Positions 1 to 32,224 of a DNA stretch of 64,000 nucleotides are shown here, piece after piece (positions within the stretch are counted from its first letter, which is position 1; every line of letters starts with the position of its first letter). Under the pieces are notes generated by a model. That model was not told the DNA's origin. It saw only the letters and a program-made list of their open reading frames with translations, and ran no database searches. This DNA comes from the human T2T-CHM13v2.0 reference genome, Homo sapiens, in the NCBI RefSeq assembly GCF_009914755.1, contig NC_060936.1. One strand, given 5' to 3'. Position numbers and translations under genes: made by a program.

Positions 1-480
1 CTGGCTGCGCAGGAACAGCTGGTGCCTCCGAGGGCGGTCGGCGAGCGCGCGGGCGTGGGGCGCTGGGGGGCCGGTCGGGCAGCGCTGCGGGAGCAGCCGC
101 CGGCACCGCCGCCTTGCACCATCGCATCATGTCCGGGCAGCTGGAGCGTTGCGAGCGCGAATGGCACGAGCTGGAGGGAGAATTTCAAGAACTGCAGGTA
201 GGGCCAGGCCACCTGGTCCCGCAACTCTGCTGCCCGCGGTGCAGCGCCTTGCCCTTCCTGAGCCCCCCGGCCCGGGCGGTGGGGACAGTCAGGGCCTAGG
301 GAGTGCCCCGGAGAGGCCCTGGGGGCGGACGGGAGGCATGGACCAGCCCCCTCCCATCACCCGGCGCTTCAGCTCTTCGTCCACGTGGGGCGCCGGGTCG
401 CAGCCCCCTCTTCCGCCGCCCTCCCACTGGCTCTCTGCTCCACGCACCCCCTTCGCTGCAGAAAGTTGGTCTGTGGCCTC
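1..480 (+). promoter_or_regulatory. CpG island promoter / 5'UTR / first exon-intron region
   Basis: Very GC- and CpG-rich; GC boxes GGGCGG (32-37) and GGGCGTGGGG (51-60); no ATG upstream of 129. Confidence 0.85.
129..197 (+). CDS. TMEM120B: TMEM120B coding exon 1 (MSGQLERCEREWHELEGEFQELQ)
   Basis: ATG at 129 with A at -3; donor CAG|GTAGGG at 197/198; phase 0. Confidence 0.96.
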
Positions 481-1483
481 TGAGGCAAGTTCCAGGCGTG
501 TTCATCTGTGGGGGTGGTTCAAAGAGAACAGCCCAGCCCCCACCTCTGCAGGGTCTCCCCAGATCTCACCCCGCCCCCTCCCATCTGCTTTTGGTAGCTC
601 AGCTCCCACCCCGTGCTCTGGCGGGGCAGCACTATCCTGCAGCTCTGTTTTGGGAGGTGTACTTAAGAGCTGTTCACCTTGAACCTCTAGGTTGTGCTTG
701 GGGATTAGGGACCCCTATTTCCTGTCTTTGGGGGCTCTGACGCTGCTGCAGGCTGATTTTGGCGTGGAGAGCATCTGTCAGTTCGGACAGCTGAGTAGCC
801 TCACCCAGTGATAGGGGAAACTCCCAGCTCTATCCTTCTGGCCCGGAGCCTTACACGGGGTGGAGTGAGGGCGGGTGTAAGGCGGGGGTCCCCTGAGAGA
901 ATGGCATTGCTGCTGGGTGTGGGGAGCGGTCCTGGCAGCAGTTGTTCCTGCTAAGAGGTTCAGAGAGGCCCCAGCTACCTACCGTGTTGACTAGAGACGC
1001 CTCAGGAAACCTTGGGGTTGACCAAGAGGGACTCGGTGACTATTTTTGAAGACAGGGCTGTTCCCTCTCCAGTCACGGGATTGTTTTTCGGGGGGTTGGC
1101 TTTGCCTGAAATTACATTGCACACTATCACCCCAGTCCTCTCATTTGGAGCAGTGACATTGTCCCTGTCCATGTACCTCTTGTCTGCAGTTCAGTTGGCC
1201 TCCTACAGTGTGCAGAGGGGAGAGGAGGTTGCCAAGGGTGTCTCTGATGGGTCTTTCTAGACACGTGGTTGTAGATTCTGATCAATAGACAGAGGGTTGC
1301 TGGAGAGCCGGGGCAGGAATGGGGGTGCCCTTTCAGGCATGAATAGAGGGGAAGGGACCTAGACACATCTCGACCTGTCCAGCATGTGTAGGTTGATGCC
1401 TTCTCTTCTAGGGCCTGGGTCCCATCCGGTTCTCAGGGGACTGTTTTGGCTCCACTCCCACGGAGAAGACTCAGCCACTTCTT

Positions 1484-2092
<609 letters not shown>

Positions 2093-3757
2093 CTCAGCCA
2101 CTTCTTAATGCTTTGTCTTACTGGGCTCGGAGGTCATGGTCAGCTGTGGAACCAAGTGGGTGTTAGGGTTGGGAATGGGAGAAGAGAAGAGGTTTGCTGT
2201 GTGAAGCTTGTGTTGTTCATAATTCCTGTCCCTTGCTTTGCCTTAGACAAGGAGGAGGAGGGGGAAGAGTCTTAACACTTCAGAGTGAGGCCCAGCGCGG
2301 CGGCTCATGCCTGTAATTCCAGAACTTTGGGAGACCGAGGCGGGTGGATCACAAGGTTTGGAGTTTGAGACCAGCCTGGCCAACACAGTGAGACCCTGTC
2401 TCTACTAAAAATGCAAAATTAGCTGGGTGTGGTGGCATGTACCTATAATCCCAGATACTCGAGTGGCTGAGGCAGGAATTGCTTGAAACTGGGAGGGGGA
2501 GGTTGCAGTGAGACAAGACTGTGCCATTGCACTCCAGCCTGGGCAACAGAGCAAGACTCCGTCTCAAAAACAAAACAAAACAAAAAACAGCAACAACACT
2601 TAAGAGCTGTGCAATTAATGCAATTAACAGCAATTAAATAGCAAGTCTTGGCAGGCAGAGGTTGCAAAGGAGTTGTTTGACTCTTTCTTAGGACTTGGTC
2701 CTCAGATGCTGAGGTATGTTAGGGACAAAGGGATTGGGAATCAATTCTTGATTTTGTTCCCTGGTGCACAGCAAGGGTTGTAGAAGAAGGTCTGAGTGAG
2801 TGGAAACTGATGCCTCCTGCTCAGTTCATGATGGGGGAACTAGAAGGGACTGCATCCTACTTTGGGGAAGAGGGAGCCTGCTTGCTGCAGGCTTTGGTGG
2901 TCACCTGCTGGGTCAGGGGCCAGTCAGGGATGGCTCCCGGTGTCAAGATCATAGATCGGAGCAGAAACTGCCATCTACATCTTCAATTCACAGATGAGGA
3001 AACTGAAGCTTGGGCATGCTGATTCCCTGGACGGGGGCCACACAGCTAGTTAGTGGTAAAGTTGGGGCCATAATTTAGTTCTCTAAATATTGGTAGGCCC
3101 CTCTCTGCCTTCTCACGTTCCCCTTCATGTTAGATGTGAGAGCTCTGAACTCTCAAGATGCAAGGCTCTGGGACTCTGTATATGGTAAGTAGGATGTCCA
3201 TTGTGTATGTGCTGGGCAGTTTCGGATACGAGATATTTGTTGGGAGCTCGGTGCATTGGCTCATACCTGTAATCTCAGCACTTTGGGAGGACAAGTTGGG
3301 AGGACCGCTCCCAGCAGGATTGCCCAGCAGTTTGAGACCAGCCTGGGAAACATAGGGAAACCCCTGTCTCTACAAACAGTAAAAAAAAAAAATTGCTGGG
3401 TGTGGTGGTGCATGGTTGTGGTCCCAGCTACTAGGGAGGCTGGAGTAGGAGGGCTGTTTGAGCCCCAGAGGTCAAGGCTGCAGTGAGCCATGATTGCACC
3501 ACTGTACTCTAGCCTGGGTGACAGAGTTAGACCCTCTCTCTCAAAAAAAAAAAAAAAGAGATTTGTTGGGGAACAAGCAGGTAACAGCAGGTAGGTAGGT
3601 GGGCACACTGAACTAGAAAGCTTAACAATAGGAAGGATTTTTTTTCTACTAGAAAATCCTGGTCTATTTTAATTTTCCTACATCTTCCTTAGAATCCGGG
3701 TTGAGGGTTTCATATTTGTATCTCATTGATTCTGGGGTGATGTGTAACAATGTGTAA

Positions 3758-4075
<318 letters not shown>

Positions 4076-4727
4076 TGAGCCACTGCACCTGGCTTTCCTT
4101 TTTTGAATGAAGGAAAGAAAGAGCAAACCTAATTCTCAGACCCCAGAAGATTTGAAAGATCTTTGGAATTTCCCTCCTCCCCACCCCAAGAAAACCCAAT
4201 GTAATCTCTGGGACTGAGGAGAGGAAAGGATCAGTTTTCTTTGGACTGTGATTTGCATGTGTCAGGGCCTTCCTGAACCCTGGGGCACAGTTGAGTCTCC
4301 ATGAGGACTTAGTTTTTGGGTGGCTGGGGTTTCAGGCATGCTGGTGAGTTGAGTGCTAGTCTGAGACCAGTGTGCTCCTGGTCTCCTGGCCTGTGGCGTG
4401 ACCGCAGAAGGTCACTTACAGACACAAGGGCAAGTAATTTAATGAGCATTTCCTGCCTTGCATCACTGGAAACCTGATCTCGTTCCTCCCAGCCAAGGAA
4501 GAAGGTGGCCCGTAGCAGCTTTTCCCTAAGTCTGACCTCACAGTGATGCAAGGGCCTTGAAGGCCATGGTAAAGATTTTGGCTTTTACTGCTAATGACAT
4601 GTACATCCGTCTGGCTGCTGTGTATAGAATAGACATCAGGGAGACAGGCTCGAAGCAAGAAGATCAGCATTATTTCATTAATAACCCTATGAAATTGATC
4701 CTAGAATCTCTGTTTTACAGAGGTTAA

Positions 4728-5170
<443 letters not shown>

Positions 5171-5592
5171 TGAGCTACCGCACCCAGCCGGGCATCTTTC
5201 TTTAGTAGCAGATTGTGCAGAAAAAGACACTGCACAGGGAATCAGTATTCTTGAGTTCAGGTCCTAGCTTTGCCATTGTCTAGTATCTGAATTTGGTGAG
5301 CCACCTCTCTCAGCTTGAGTTTCTTTATCTAAAAACAAAGGCTGACAATAATAATAATCATAACAACAACAATAACAATAATAGCTAACTGCGTGAAACA
5401 CAGATTATCCCATTTAATCTAAATATCAACCCATGGCCTGGCGCAGTGGCCCATGCCTGTAATCCCAGCACTTTGGGAGGCTAAGGAGGGCAGAGCACTT
5501 TGAGCTTAGGTGTTCAAGACCAGCCTGGGCAACATGGTGAAACCCCATCACTATAAAACAAACAAACAAACAAAAAACAAAAAAAAACCTTA

Positions 5593-5802
<210 letters not shown>

Positions 5803-6921
5803 CTAAGAGATGCTGAGTAACTTGAAAGTCATGGAGCCAGAATTCGAACCCATGCCTGCTGTATAACTCAGATACTAATACCGTGGGCTCCAAAAGTATC
5901 CTGAGACTCTTAGCTCTAGAAGAAAAGTTTTGAACTTGCTGGGTCCCTTTTCATTTATATAGTGCTTTCACACAATGCACTATCAGGACTCTTAGTTGCA
6001 AATGAAAAAAACCCAGTCTGACTGGTTTTAAGCCAAAAGAGGGTTTATTGAGTCAAGTCTAGTGGCAAATGGCTTCAGGCAAGGCTGGATCCAGGAGCTC
6101 AGGTGATGTCTGTGTCTGTGTGTGGATGTCTCTCTCTCTCTCCTCTGTGTCAGCATTATTCTCAGGCAGTCCCTCCCATGTTGTGGCAAAGATGGCCAGG
6201 TGGCCCTCAGCTGACATCTGTCAGCTTAGCAGCTCTGGCAGAAACAGAGCATCCTTTCCCCCTGTGGTTTCAGCAAGCGTCCCAGGGCTGACTCTCATTG
6301 GCCCAGCTTGGGTCATGTGACTATGCCTTACTTAACCAGTCACTGTGGCACTGATTGGCCAGGTCACGGTCACATATCTGCTCCTGAAGCCTAAAAGTGG
6401 GATCAGTGCCACCACACTACATGAAACGAGTTGCGGAGGGATGGTCCCATGAAGGAAAATCAAAAAGCTGGTAGTTTAAAAAAAAAAAACAGAGAGAGGG
6501 ATGCTGGACAGGCACCTTTTGGGGGACTAATAGAAATTGTTGGCTGGGTGTAGTGGCCTATGCCTGTAATCCCAACAGGAGGCTGAGGCAGGTAGATCGC
6601 TTGAGCCCAGGAGTTTGAGACCAGCCTGGGCAATGTAGTAAGACCCTGACTCTACAAAAAACCACAAAAATTAGCTAGGCATGGTGGCGTGCACCCATGG
6701 TCCCACCTACTTGGGAGGCTGAAGTGGGAGGATTACCTAAGTTCAGGAAGTGGAGGTTGCAGTAAGCTGAGATCCTGCCACTGCACCCCAGCCTGGGTGA
6801 CAGAGTGAGACCCTGTCTCAAAAAATGTTTTTTTCTTCAAGGGAAACAGTGGCATCGATTGGACACTGCTTAAATTGCTAACGGGGGTAGTTTAAGGGGG
6901 TGGTTCACAGTTGCATGTTAG

Positions 6922-7056
<135 letters not shown>

Positions 7057-8409
7057 TAGCTGTAGCTAGGACTACAGGCACATGCCACCACACCTGGCTA
7101 ATTTTTGTATTTTTAGTAGAGACAGGGTTTCACCATGTTGGCCAGCTGGTCTCGAACTCCTGACCTCAGGTGATCTGCCCACCTCGGCCTCCCAGAGTGC
7201 TGGGATTATAGGCATGAGCCACCTTGCCCGGCCCACACTACATTCTTGATGATGTCACATCTTTGTGACAGTGCCTAGCCTGCTGCATGCACCTCATCTC
7301 CTAGCTCTTTCACAGCTGATGACACCGAGGCACAGAGGGATTACATAACTCAGCTAATAAGTGGCAGGCTCTGGATCTGAACTCAGGCAACTTGATGGCA
7401 GCATCAAATCACTTAACCATTGTGTTTTCATGCCACCCAAATGCGTGCCTCCCACGCACAGACCCCCACTTACCGCTCCCGTAACATACCGTTCATGGAT
7501 TCTGACACATGACTCAGAATCTGTCCCGCACAGGACGCATACACGTTAGGCGAAGTCATCCTTGGTGGTGTTTCTATGGTGATGAGTCCTGGTTAAGTAT
7601 AGTCAGCGTCTGAAAGTCTATTTGAAGTTGATTTCTTAGAGCTATATAAAAGTAATCTCTTGTCCAGGCACAGTGGCTCATGCCTGTAATCCCAGCACCT
7701 TGGGAGGCCAAGATAGGCAGGTCATTTGAGCTCAGGAGTTTGAGACCAGCCTAGGCAACATGGCAAAACCCCTGTCTCTACAAAAAATACAAAAATTAGC
7801 CAGGCATGGTGGCACAGGCCTGTAGTTTCAGCTACTCGGGTGGTTGAGAGAGGAGGATCGCCTGAGCCCAGGGAGGTGAAGGCTGTGGTGAGCAGCCATG
7901 ATTGTGTCACTGCACTCCAGACTGGGCGACAGAGTAAGACTGTGTCTCAAAAGAAAAAAAAAAGGAATCTCTTGAAAGTTTACCACCAGGAAGAGGCACA
8001 GCTCTAAGGCACCACACTTAAGTGGCGGTATGGCCCTATTGCAGTCTACTGGACTGCCCAGCGACTTCTGATGCTCCTGGGCCAGAACCATGTCTGTAAA
8101 TGCCGTGAGATTCCTCTAGCAATTCCTGCAACACATGTTGACTCCCCAGTCCTGGATCTTCCGACAGCCAAGATGTGTTAAGGAGGTGTCTTCAGATGTT
8201 TCACATCTGTACTGGGAACAGGAGTCATTAACCTCATCTTCCCACTGGGGCAGAGCTTGGGTCTCAGAGGACAGCAGAGGTGGCAGAGATCCCTGAATCT
8301 TCCAAAGGAAACTTGCTTGTTTGTGTCTTCTACATGCGGAGGATGGTAATTAGACAAGTAGGGAGGATGCTCTGGGCATGACAGCTCACAGAGCTCATGT
8401 GAGCAGTTC

Positions 8410-12142
<3,733 letters not shown>

Positions 12143-12635
12143 ACATACTAAAAGTTTTATAAAGAGAAACAGCTCTATAGGCTCCATGTCAGTCATTTAC
12201 GTGGTTAGGACCATGCAAATATCACTTACAGCAGAATCAAGTAGTGTACTATGATTGTATTTTTCTCTCTTGGATGAATAAGTGTCTTGGTATTTGATTC
12301 CTTACTGCCAATGTTTTCCTTATAATTACCCTTTTTCCCCTTTGTTCTGATTTGGGTATTCTATGAAGTGTGCTTTGTTTGTTTGTTTGGATTGGCTTTG
12401 AAGTAGGCAGCTGGGGAGCTGGGGTTTGCCTTGTGCTGCAGAATGGATTTTCTTCCACAACTGTCTATCAGTGCCCCCAGCACTCTAAGTTAAATTTTTA
12501 GAGCTAGGGATTCGATGGTGGGAGTCAATCATGTTTAATGTGCTGGTGGTCCCTGCACTGTCTGCAGAGAGCTGCCTCCCATTTTTGGGTGAGGGTCTCC
12601 CATGTTCTAATCTACTGCTGCCAAGGTTGGAAATA

Positions 12636-13525
<890 letters not shown>

Positions 13526-13530
13526 GCTTC

Positions 13531-15171
<1,641 letters not shown>

Positions 15172-15226
15172 TTAACTTTGCTCAGAAGGAAAGTTCTGTT
15201 CTTTGCCATATTAATCTGATTTTTGA

Positions 15227-15922
<696 letters not shown>

Positions 15923-16649
15923 TAATTAGGAAGTCAGAAGGGTGCTACCTTCAGGTGTAAGCAGTTCCAGGAGCTCAGGTGCAATCATTAGGGCTCCGCT
16001 TTCATCTACCTCTCTGCCCTGTTTTCCCAAACTGGGTTCATTCTCAGGCTGGGTCCTCCAGAGACTGGCAAGACAGCCCTATGAGCTCTGGGTCCCCATC
16101 TTGCTACCTTCAGAACTAGGGAGAGAAGAGTTTCTCTTTCTCAGCAGTTCTCATAAATCCTCTTCTACTGAGTTTTGCTGGTTCCAGATGCCCATCCCTG
16201 AATTACCTGCTGGGTTGGGAGGCCGATGTTCTGACTGGCCAGGCCTGGGCCATGTGCTCTCTCCTGGAGCCTGTGGCCAGGCCTAACCCTGCTTCTAGCC
16301 ACATTTCATGGACTGAGTGTGGCAGAGGGATGGGTACCGCAAAAAACTATGGGGATGTTAACCAGAAGGGGAATGGCTGCCTGATTGGCAAAAACAGCAG
16401 AAAGCCTCCATCTGGCCAGCTGGTTCCATTCGAGGCCACAGGGCCAAGGTTGCTTGGAGGCTTGCAGTGCCTCCGTTGGCTCACCCTCTGCTCCCGGAAA
16501 AAGCATCTCAAAGCACAGATCCAACTGAGGGCCTGCTGGAGACACCCTGATGTGCAAAGAGTAGCCAGGGACTCCAAGGGAAGACTGGGATTGTATCTCG
16601 TCCACCTGGCAGAAATGCCCCATGCACAGTGCATCAAGACAGCTGCATA

Positions 16650-18370
<1,721 letters not shown>

Positions 18371-18371
18371 A

Positions 18372-18946
<575 letters not shown>

Positions 18947-19077
18947 TACCACAGTATGAGTGTAATGCCATCGCATTGTACAATTAAAATGATTAAGAGG
19001 ATAAATATTTTGTGTATTTTATCACAATTTAAAACATTTACAAATGGTTAAAAGTTATGTATATTTTACCACAATTA

Positions 19078-19596
<519 letters not shown>

Positions 19597-20015
19597 CTAG
19601 GTGTGTGTGACCTCCAGTGAGGGATCCCTCCCCTTTACCCCTGAAATGACTCTGGCCAATGACAGAGCGAGAGAATTGCAGGGGAGCAGGAATGACCTCG
19701 TGTATCAGGGGACAAAATTATGGGAAGGCCCACGGATTAACCATTCTTATCCAGTCACCATCACCAGTGGAACATTAGAAAAGTACCTGAAAAAAATTAA
19801 ATGTTTATAGCATGGAGTGTTGCTCAGATGTGGACAGCTGTTATATGCTGTGGGTGGGACTATAAATTGGTATAGCTACTCTGAAGGGCAGTTTGCCAAA
19901 ACTTACTAAATCTAATAACAAGGCCGGACGCGGTGGCTCACGCCTGTAATCCCAGCACTTTGGGAGGCCGAGGCAGGTGGATCACAAAGTCAGGAGATCC
20001 AGACCATCCTGGTTA

Positions 20016-20255
<240 letters not shown>

Positions 20256-20412
20256 TTACCTCTCTTCCCCAGAGAAATCTTCTCTAGAGACATACTTGCC
20301 TGTGTGCCCAGAGAGGCCGTGCAAGGATACTATTCTTTTGCATTGTTGGTTATAGTCAGACACAGGAAGCAACATAAATATCCAGCAATAGGGGAAGGAC
20401 TAAAGAAACTAG

Positions 20413-20673
<261 letters not shown>

Positions 20674-21174
20674 TAGCTAGGATGGGTTTGATCTCCTGAC
20701 CTCATGATCCGCCCGCCTCGGCCTCCCAAAGTGCTGGGATTATAGGCGTGAGCCACCGTGCCTGGTATTTTTTTTTTTTTTGAGACAGAGTCTCACTCTG
20801 TTGCCCAGGCCGGAGTGCAATGGTGTGACCTCGGCTCACTGCAGCCTCTGCCTTGGGTTCAAGCAACTCTCATGCCTCAGCCTCCCAAGTAACTGGGATT
20901 ACAGGTGTGCACCATCATGCCTGGCTAATTTTTGTATTTTTAGTAGAGATGGGGTTTCGCCATGTAGGCCAGGCTGGTCTCGAACTCTTGACCTCAAGTG
21001 ATCCGCCCACCTCGGCCTCCCAAAGTGCTAGGATTACAGGTGTGAGCCACTGCACCTGGCCCCATATATTGTTATGTGCGTAGATCTCCAAGACATATTA
21101 TTGAGTGAGAAAAGCAAGTTATGGAATCTAATGTATATTCTGATACTGTTAATATACTTTTAAAAAACCCAAAG

Positions 21175-24440
<3,266 letters not shown>

Positions 24441-25041
24441 CAGTGGACGGGACATGGTGGCTTACGTCTGTAAACCCAGACTTTGGGAGGCCGAGGTGGG
24501 CGGATTACCCAAGGTCATGAGTTTGATACCAGCCTGGCCAAAATGATGAAACCCTGTTTCTACTAAAAATACAAAAATTAGCTGGGTGTGGTTGCATGCA
24601 CCCTTAATCTCAGCTACTCGGGAGGCTGAGGCAGGAGAATCACTTGAACCTAGGAGGCGGAGGTTGCAGTAAGCCGAGATTGTGCCACTGCACTCCAGCG
24701 TGGGTGACAGAGCAAGACTCTGTCTCAAAAAAAAAAAAGTCACAGTTGGGAAGCTCTGTCCCATGAGGTTGCGTTGGGACTCAGGTTAGTTTGGTTGGGG
24801 AGGGGCAATGGCCTCTGCCATTTGCATCATGTGACTTCCATTTCTGGCTTCAAGGTAACTGAGCCCTTTGTTGCATTTCCCAGCCAGGGAAGAGAGGGTG
24901 GAGGGCAAGCAGTTCCTAATAAAAAATGTGGTTCAGAACTTGCACAAGTTGCCAGGTGCAGTGTCTCACATCTGTAACCCCAGCACTTTGGGAGGCCAAA
25001 GTGGGCGCATCACTTGAGGCCAGGAGTTTGAGACCAGCCTA

Positions 25042-25284
<243 letters not shown>

Positions 25285-25303
25285 CTATTCTACTAAAAAT
25301 CTA

Positions 25304-25548
<245 letters not shown>

Positions 25549-26113
25549 TTACTTGTGACATTAAATATTAATTGAAACAGATGAGGGCCTGATGAGCATC
25601 TGGCAGCTGATTTTGCAGCCCTGGTCTTATCTCTCCATGGCGGGACCCAGCACCAAAGGCCACCAGGAGGGGTGCGGGCCCCTTATCTCGCAGCAGCCTC
25701 TCAGGCCAGGGCCCCGTCTTCCCCAAGGTTGCATCATCTGGGCAGGATCTCTCCACCTCTGTCCTCCTTGTCTGGGTTCATTACCAGCAGGTATTTGTTG
25801 GACATACAGGGCTGTTTAGCACTGAATAATTCAAAAGTGATTAAAACACAGCCTTTCTCCACACAGATAACTTATTAATTACCAGTGGAAAGTTGGACGC
25901 TACATAGCGCAGAAACTGGATGGGCATCCTGGCTGCCTTTACCAAGCAAAGTTAGCATCGTGGACACGGTGTCCCTACTGGCAGGAGCCACTAATAAGGG
26001 CACAACATCCTTTTAGTAGCATGCTGGTCCCCACACATACCCCAAATCATGAGGAAACATCCGCAGACCCCCACTGGGGGACATTCTTCCAGACAACTGG
26101 ACCGAACTCTTTA

Positions 26114-26468
<355 letters not shown>

Positions 26469-26636
26469 CTAGATTAAAGGAGAGTAAAGAGATATGAACA
26501 GTACCAGAAGGCATGAGACTGAATTGGATCCAAGATCTGGAGGAAAATTGCCATAAAAGAGACAGTTAGCAAAATTTGAATTTGAGTGGTATATGAGGCC
26601 ATAGCATTGTGTTATATCAACGTTACATTTTCTAGA

Positions 26637-27960
<1,324 letters not shown>

Positions 27961-28079
27961 CATTTGATAATTGTACTATGGATATTTGAGAGAATATAGC
28001 TGTTCTTACTATATACACACTGTACTATTTAGGAGAAAAGAGGTGTGTTGCCTGCAACTGACTCCCAAATGGTTTAGCA

Positions 28080-28400
28080 CTGGAGTGGGCAAATCTTTTT
28101 GGTAAAAGGCCAAATAGTAAAAATTTTGAGCTTTATGGGCCATATGGTCTCTGTCACAACTACTTGTTTTGCTGTTAGAGTCCCAGCACAGCCACAGGGA
28201 ATATTTGAATGGGTGGGTGTGGCTGTGTTCCAATAAAACTTTATTTATGGATACTGCAATGCCAATTTATATAATTTTCACACACCACGAAAGATTCTTG
28301 TGATTTTTTTTCAACCCTGCAAAACCCATTTCTGTCTTACTGAGCATACAAAATTAGGTAGCCAGACTTGGCCTGCGGCGGTGGTTTACGAATGCCTGCT
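28080..28400. mobile_element. MER58-type hAT DNA transposon
   Basis: ggcaaatctttttggtaaaaggccaaatagtaaa...ggccatatggtctctgtcacaactact...aataaaactttattta pattern. Confidence 0.7.
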
Positions 28401-28569
28401 TGATAGAGAAAAAGAACACACAGGCAGGCACACATACATGGGGGATAAAGCAAATACAGCATGATGGAACAGCTAGTGAATCTGGTGAAGAATAGAGGCG
28501 AGTTCTTTGTATTGTTTTTGTAATTCTGCAAGCTTGAAATTATTATTATTACTATTATTATTATTTTGA

Positions 28570-28674
<105 letters not shown>

Positions 28675-28847
28675 TGAATAGCTGGGATTACAGGCATGTG
28701 CCATCACGCCTGGCTAATTTTGTGTTGTTAGTAGAGACAGGGTTTCTCCATGTTGGTCAGGCTGGTTTCAAACTTCTGACTTCAGGTGATCCATCTGCCT
28801 TGGCCTCCCAAAGTGCTGGGATTACAGGCATGAGCCACTGCGCCTGA

Positions 28848-29018
<171 letters not shown>

Positions 29019-29218
29019 TGAAATTATTTTAAAATAAAAACATTAAGTAAAATAAAAGCATTGATTTTTCCTTCCTGGGGGGCCCAGGAAGGAGAGAAGG
29101 GAGTCACCCTTTCATCTTCCTAGTGGGTGGGCCAAGGTGACTCACTCACAGCATTCTTGGATGTCTCCTAATTGTCATCTAGTTAATTCTTAGCCTTTGC
29201 CTCTTCCTTATTTACTGA

Positions 29219-29671
<453 letters not shown>

Positions 29672-29731
29672 TAAATATGTTTGTTGGCTTATCGTTGCTT
29701 TGTTTTTCAATGTTTTTTAATTCCTCAAGAC

Positions 29732-29790
29732 CCATGTTGACCTTGTCTGTATCATTCTAATTTTGGTACATGTGCTGCCAAAGTGAGCAG
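29732..29790 (-). pseudogene. 3'-truncated U6 snRNA retrocopy (RNU6 pseudogene)
   Basis: ccatgttgaccttgtctgtatcattctaattttggtacatgtgctgccaaagtgagca aligns to the reverse complement of U6 nt ~1-59; T-rich tail at 29697-29719; TSD TGGCTTATyGTT at 29685 and 29791. Confidence 0.85.
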
Positions 29791-30489
29791 TGGCTTATTG
29801 TTTTTGTTTTTATTTTTATTTTTTGAGACGGAGTTTCATACTTTCGCCCAGGCTGGAGTGAAGTGGCGTGGTCTTAGTTCACTGCAACCTCCGCCCCCTG
29901 GGTTCAAGTGATTCTCCTGCCTCAGTCTCCCAAGTAGTTGGGATTACAGACGCCCGCCTGGCTAATTTTTACATTTTTAGTAGAGACGGGGTTTTGCCAT
30001 GTTGGCCAGGCTGGTCTCGAACTCCTGACCTCTGATCTACCTGCCTCAGCCTCCCAAAGTGCTGGGATTACAGGCGTGAGCCAGCGCGTCCGGCCAGCTT
30101 ATTGTTTTTAATGTCATGGTCTTCATCTCCCATGCTGGTTTCCCTAGATTGTTGGTGTTTGTCTTAGAAGTCCAGAGATAAGGGGTTGTTTCCCTGCCTG
30201 TGGTGGTATTTATTTGGAGGTATGTGATGGTGGCAAAGTCAAGAAGTTACTGTTTTCTATTCCCCCAGCACTGGGGCGAAGTCTCTTATATTTTTCCTGG
30301 CCTTGTGGCCCTGAATGGTTATTTCAGGAATGAGCTATTGAATTCATTGGAGTGACTGTGTCTGGAGTGGGGAGGGTGGCTTTAAGGAAAGGGGTATGTG
30401 CTTTTCTTAGTTGACCTAACAGGAACTCTCTTCATTGCCAGGATCAGAAACTCAACTCAAAGTGAACACTAAATAAAGAGTGATTTATT

Positions 30490-30805
<316 letters not shown>

Positions 30806-30849
30806 TCATATTCTCCCACACACCCTCCCCCGGGTCCCCTGTTCTTCAG

Positions 30850-30968
30850 GAGACGCACAGGATCTACAAGCAGAAGCTGGAGGAGCTGGCTGCGCTGCAG
30901 ACGCTGTGTAGCAGTTCCATCAGTAAGCAGAAGAAGCACCTCAAGGACTTGAAGCTTACACTCCAGAG
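30850..30968 (+). CDS. TMEM120B: TMEM120B exon 2 ([40 protein letters not shown])
   Basis: Acceptor ctgttcttcag|G, donor AG|GTAGGT; 119 nt, in frame with exon 1. Confidence 0.96.
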
Positions 30969-31184
30969 GTAGGTGCAGCTGTAGCCCGGGGGCTGCCCTG
31001 GTTCTGAGGGACAGAAGTCCAACTCAAAACAGGCTGAAGCAGAGAATGGAAATCTCAGTGGAAAAAGACAGGACTGGGAGTTGCTTCAGGCATCACTGGA
31101 TCCAGGAGTCAAAGGGTGTTTTGGGGCATGTATTTTTCCCTCTAAATTCTGCCTTCCTCTGGATTGGTGTCACTCTCAGGGTGA

Positions 31185-31403
<219 letters not shown>

Positions 31404-32224
31404 TGAGTAGCTGTGATTACAGGCATGAGCCACTGTGCCTGGCCGAGAGTTTCTCGTTCCCAGTACTTCAGCCGACATTCTGGGTTCAGTCCTCATTGGC
31501 TGGGATTGGTTGAATGCCCATTTGTGAACCAATCACTGAGAAGCTGCTTGGGCAGCGCCATGCCGTGTGCTAAGTCTGTGGCCCTGGGCGGTGGAGGGAT
31601 GGCCACATGGGTGATGGGAGAAGAAGATAAGTAGTTTCCCGGGTGAAAGTTGGGTGCTGTTATAGGAAGGTGCCCTGCCGGACAAGTAAGCAGGCAGCGT
31701 CCTTTTGTGGGTGTGGGGTGCCCTCCCCACTGGGGTTGCTGGTGTAGTGGCCACTAGGCTGCCATCCCTGGTGGAGATGTGCTTGAGCTCATAGCTTAGT
31801 TCAGTTCCCAAGGCCTGGATCGTGTTCATTTCCTGACACTCATGGTCTCCAGGTCTGGGAAGTCCCCTCCTGCCTGGTATGTGAAGGGGCCCAGTGGATG
31901 CCGTGACCCCATTGTCAGGCAGGGAAACTGAGGCTCCAAGTGACTTGTCCCAGGTCACTTAGCTGGGCCTCCATTTTAGAATCTGGGACTCCTGGTCAAC
32001 TCTTTCCTTGTGGACAATTTTGGAGGAAGGTCCTGATTATAGCTCTCAGTGTGGCTGGCCATTTTGGAAATGGAGGCCCGCAACTAAGGGGTAGAGAGTG
32101 TGGATGGCCCTGTGCAAACACGTCACCAGATGTGGCTTTGGAAAAACACATCTTGGTAATGGCAGGGCTCAGAGTCTAGAGTTTCTTCAGATTCTCAGTG
32201 ATTGCTTCACAGATGGGCACATGG

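Noticed and set aside
114-740. ORFs extending from exon 1 into intron 1, including a TTG-initiated extension
   Set aside because: GC-rich CpG-island read-through; the strong donor at 198 explains the structure.
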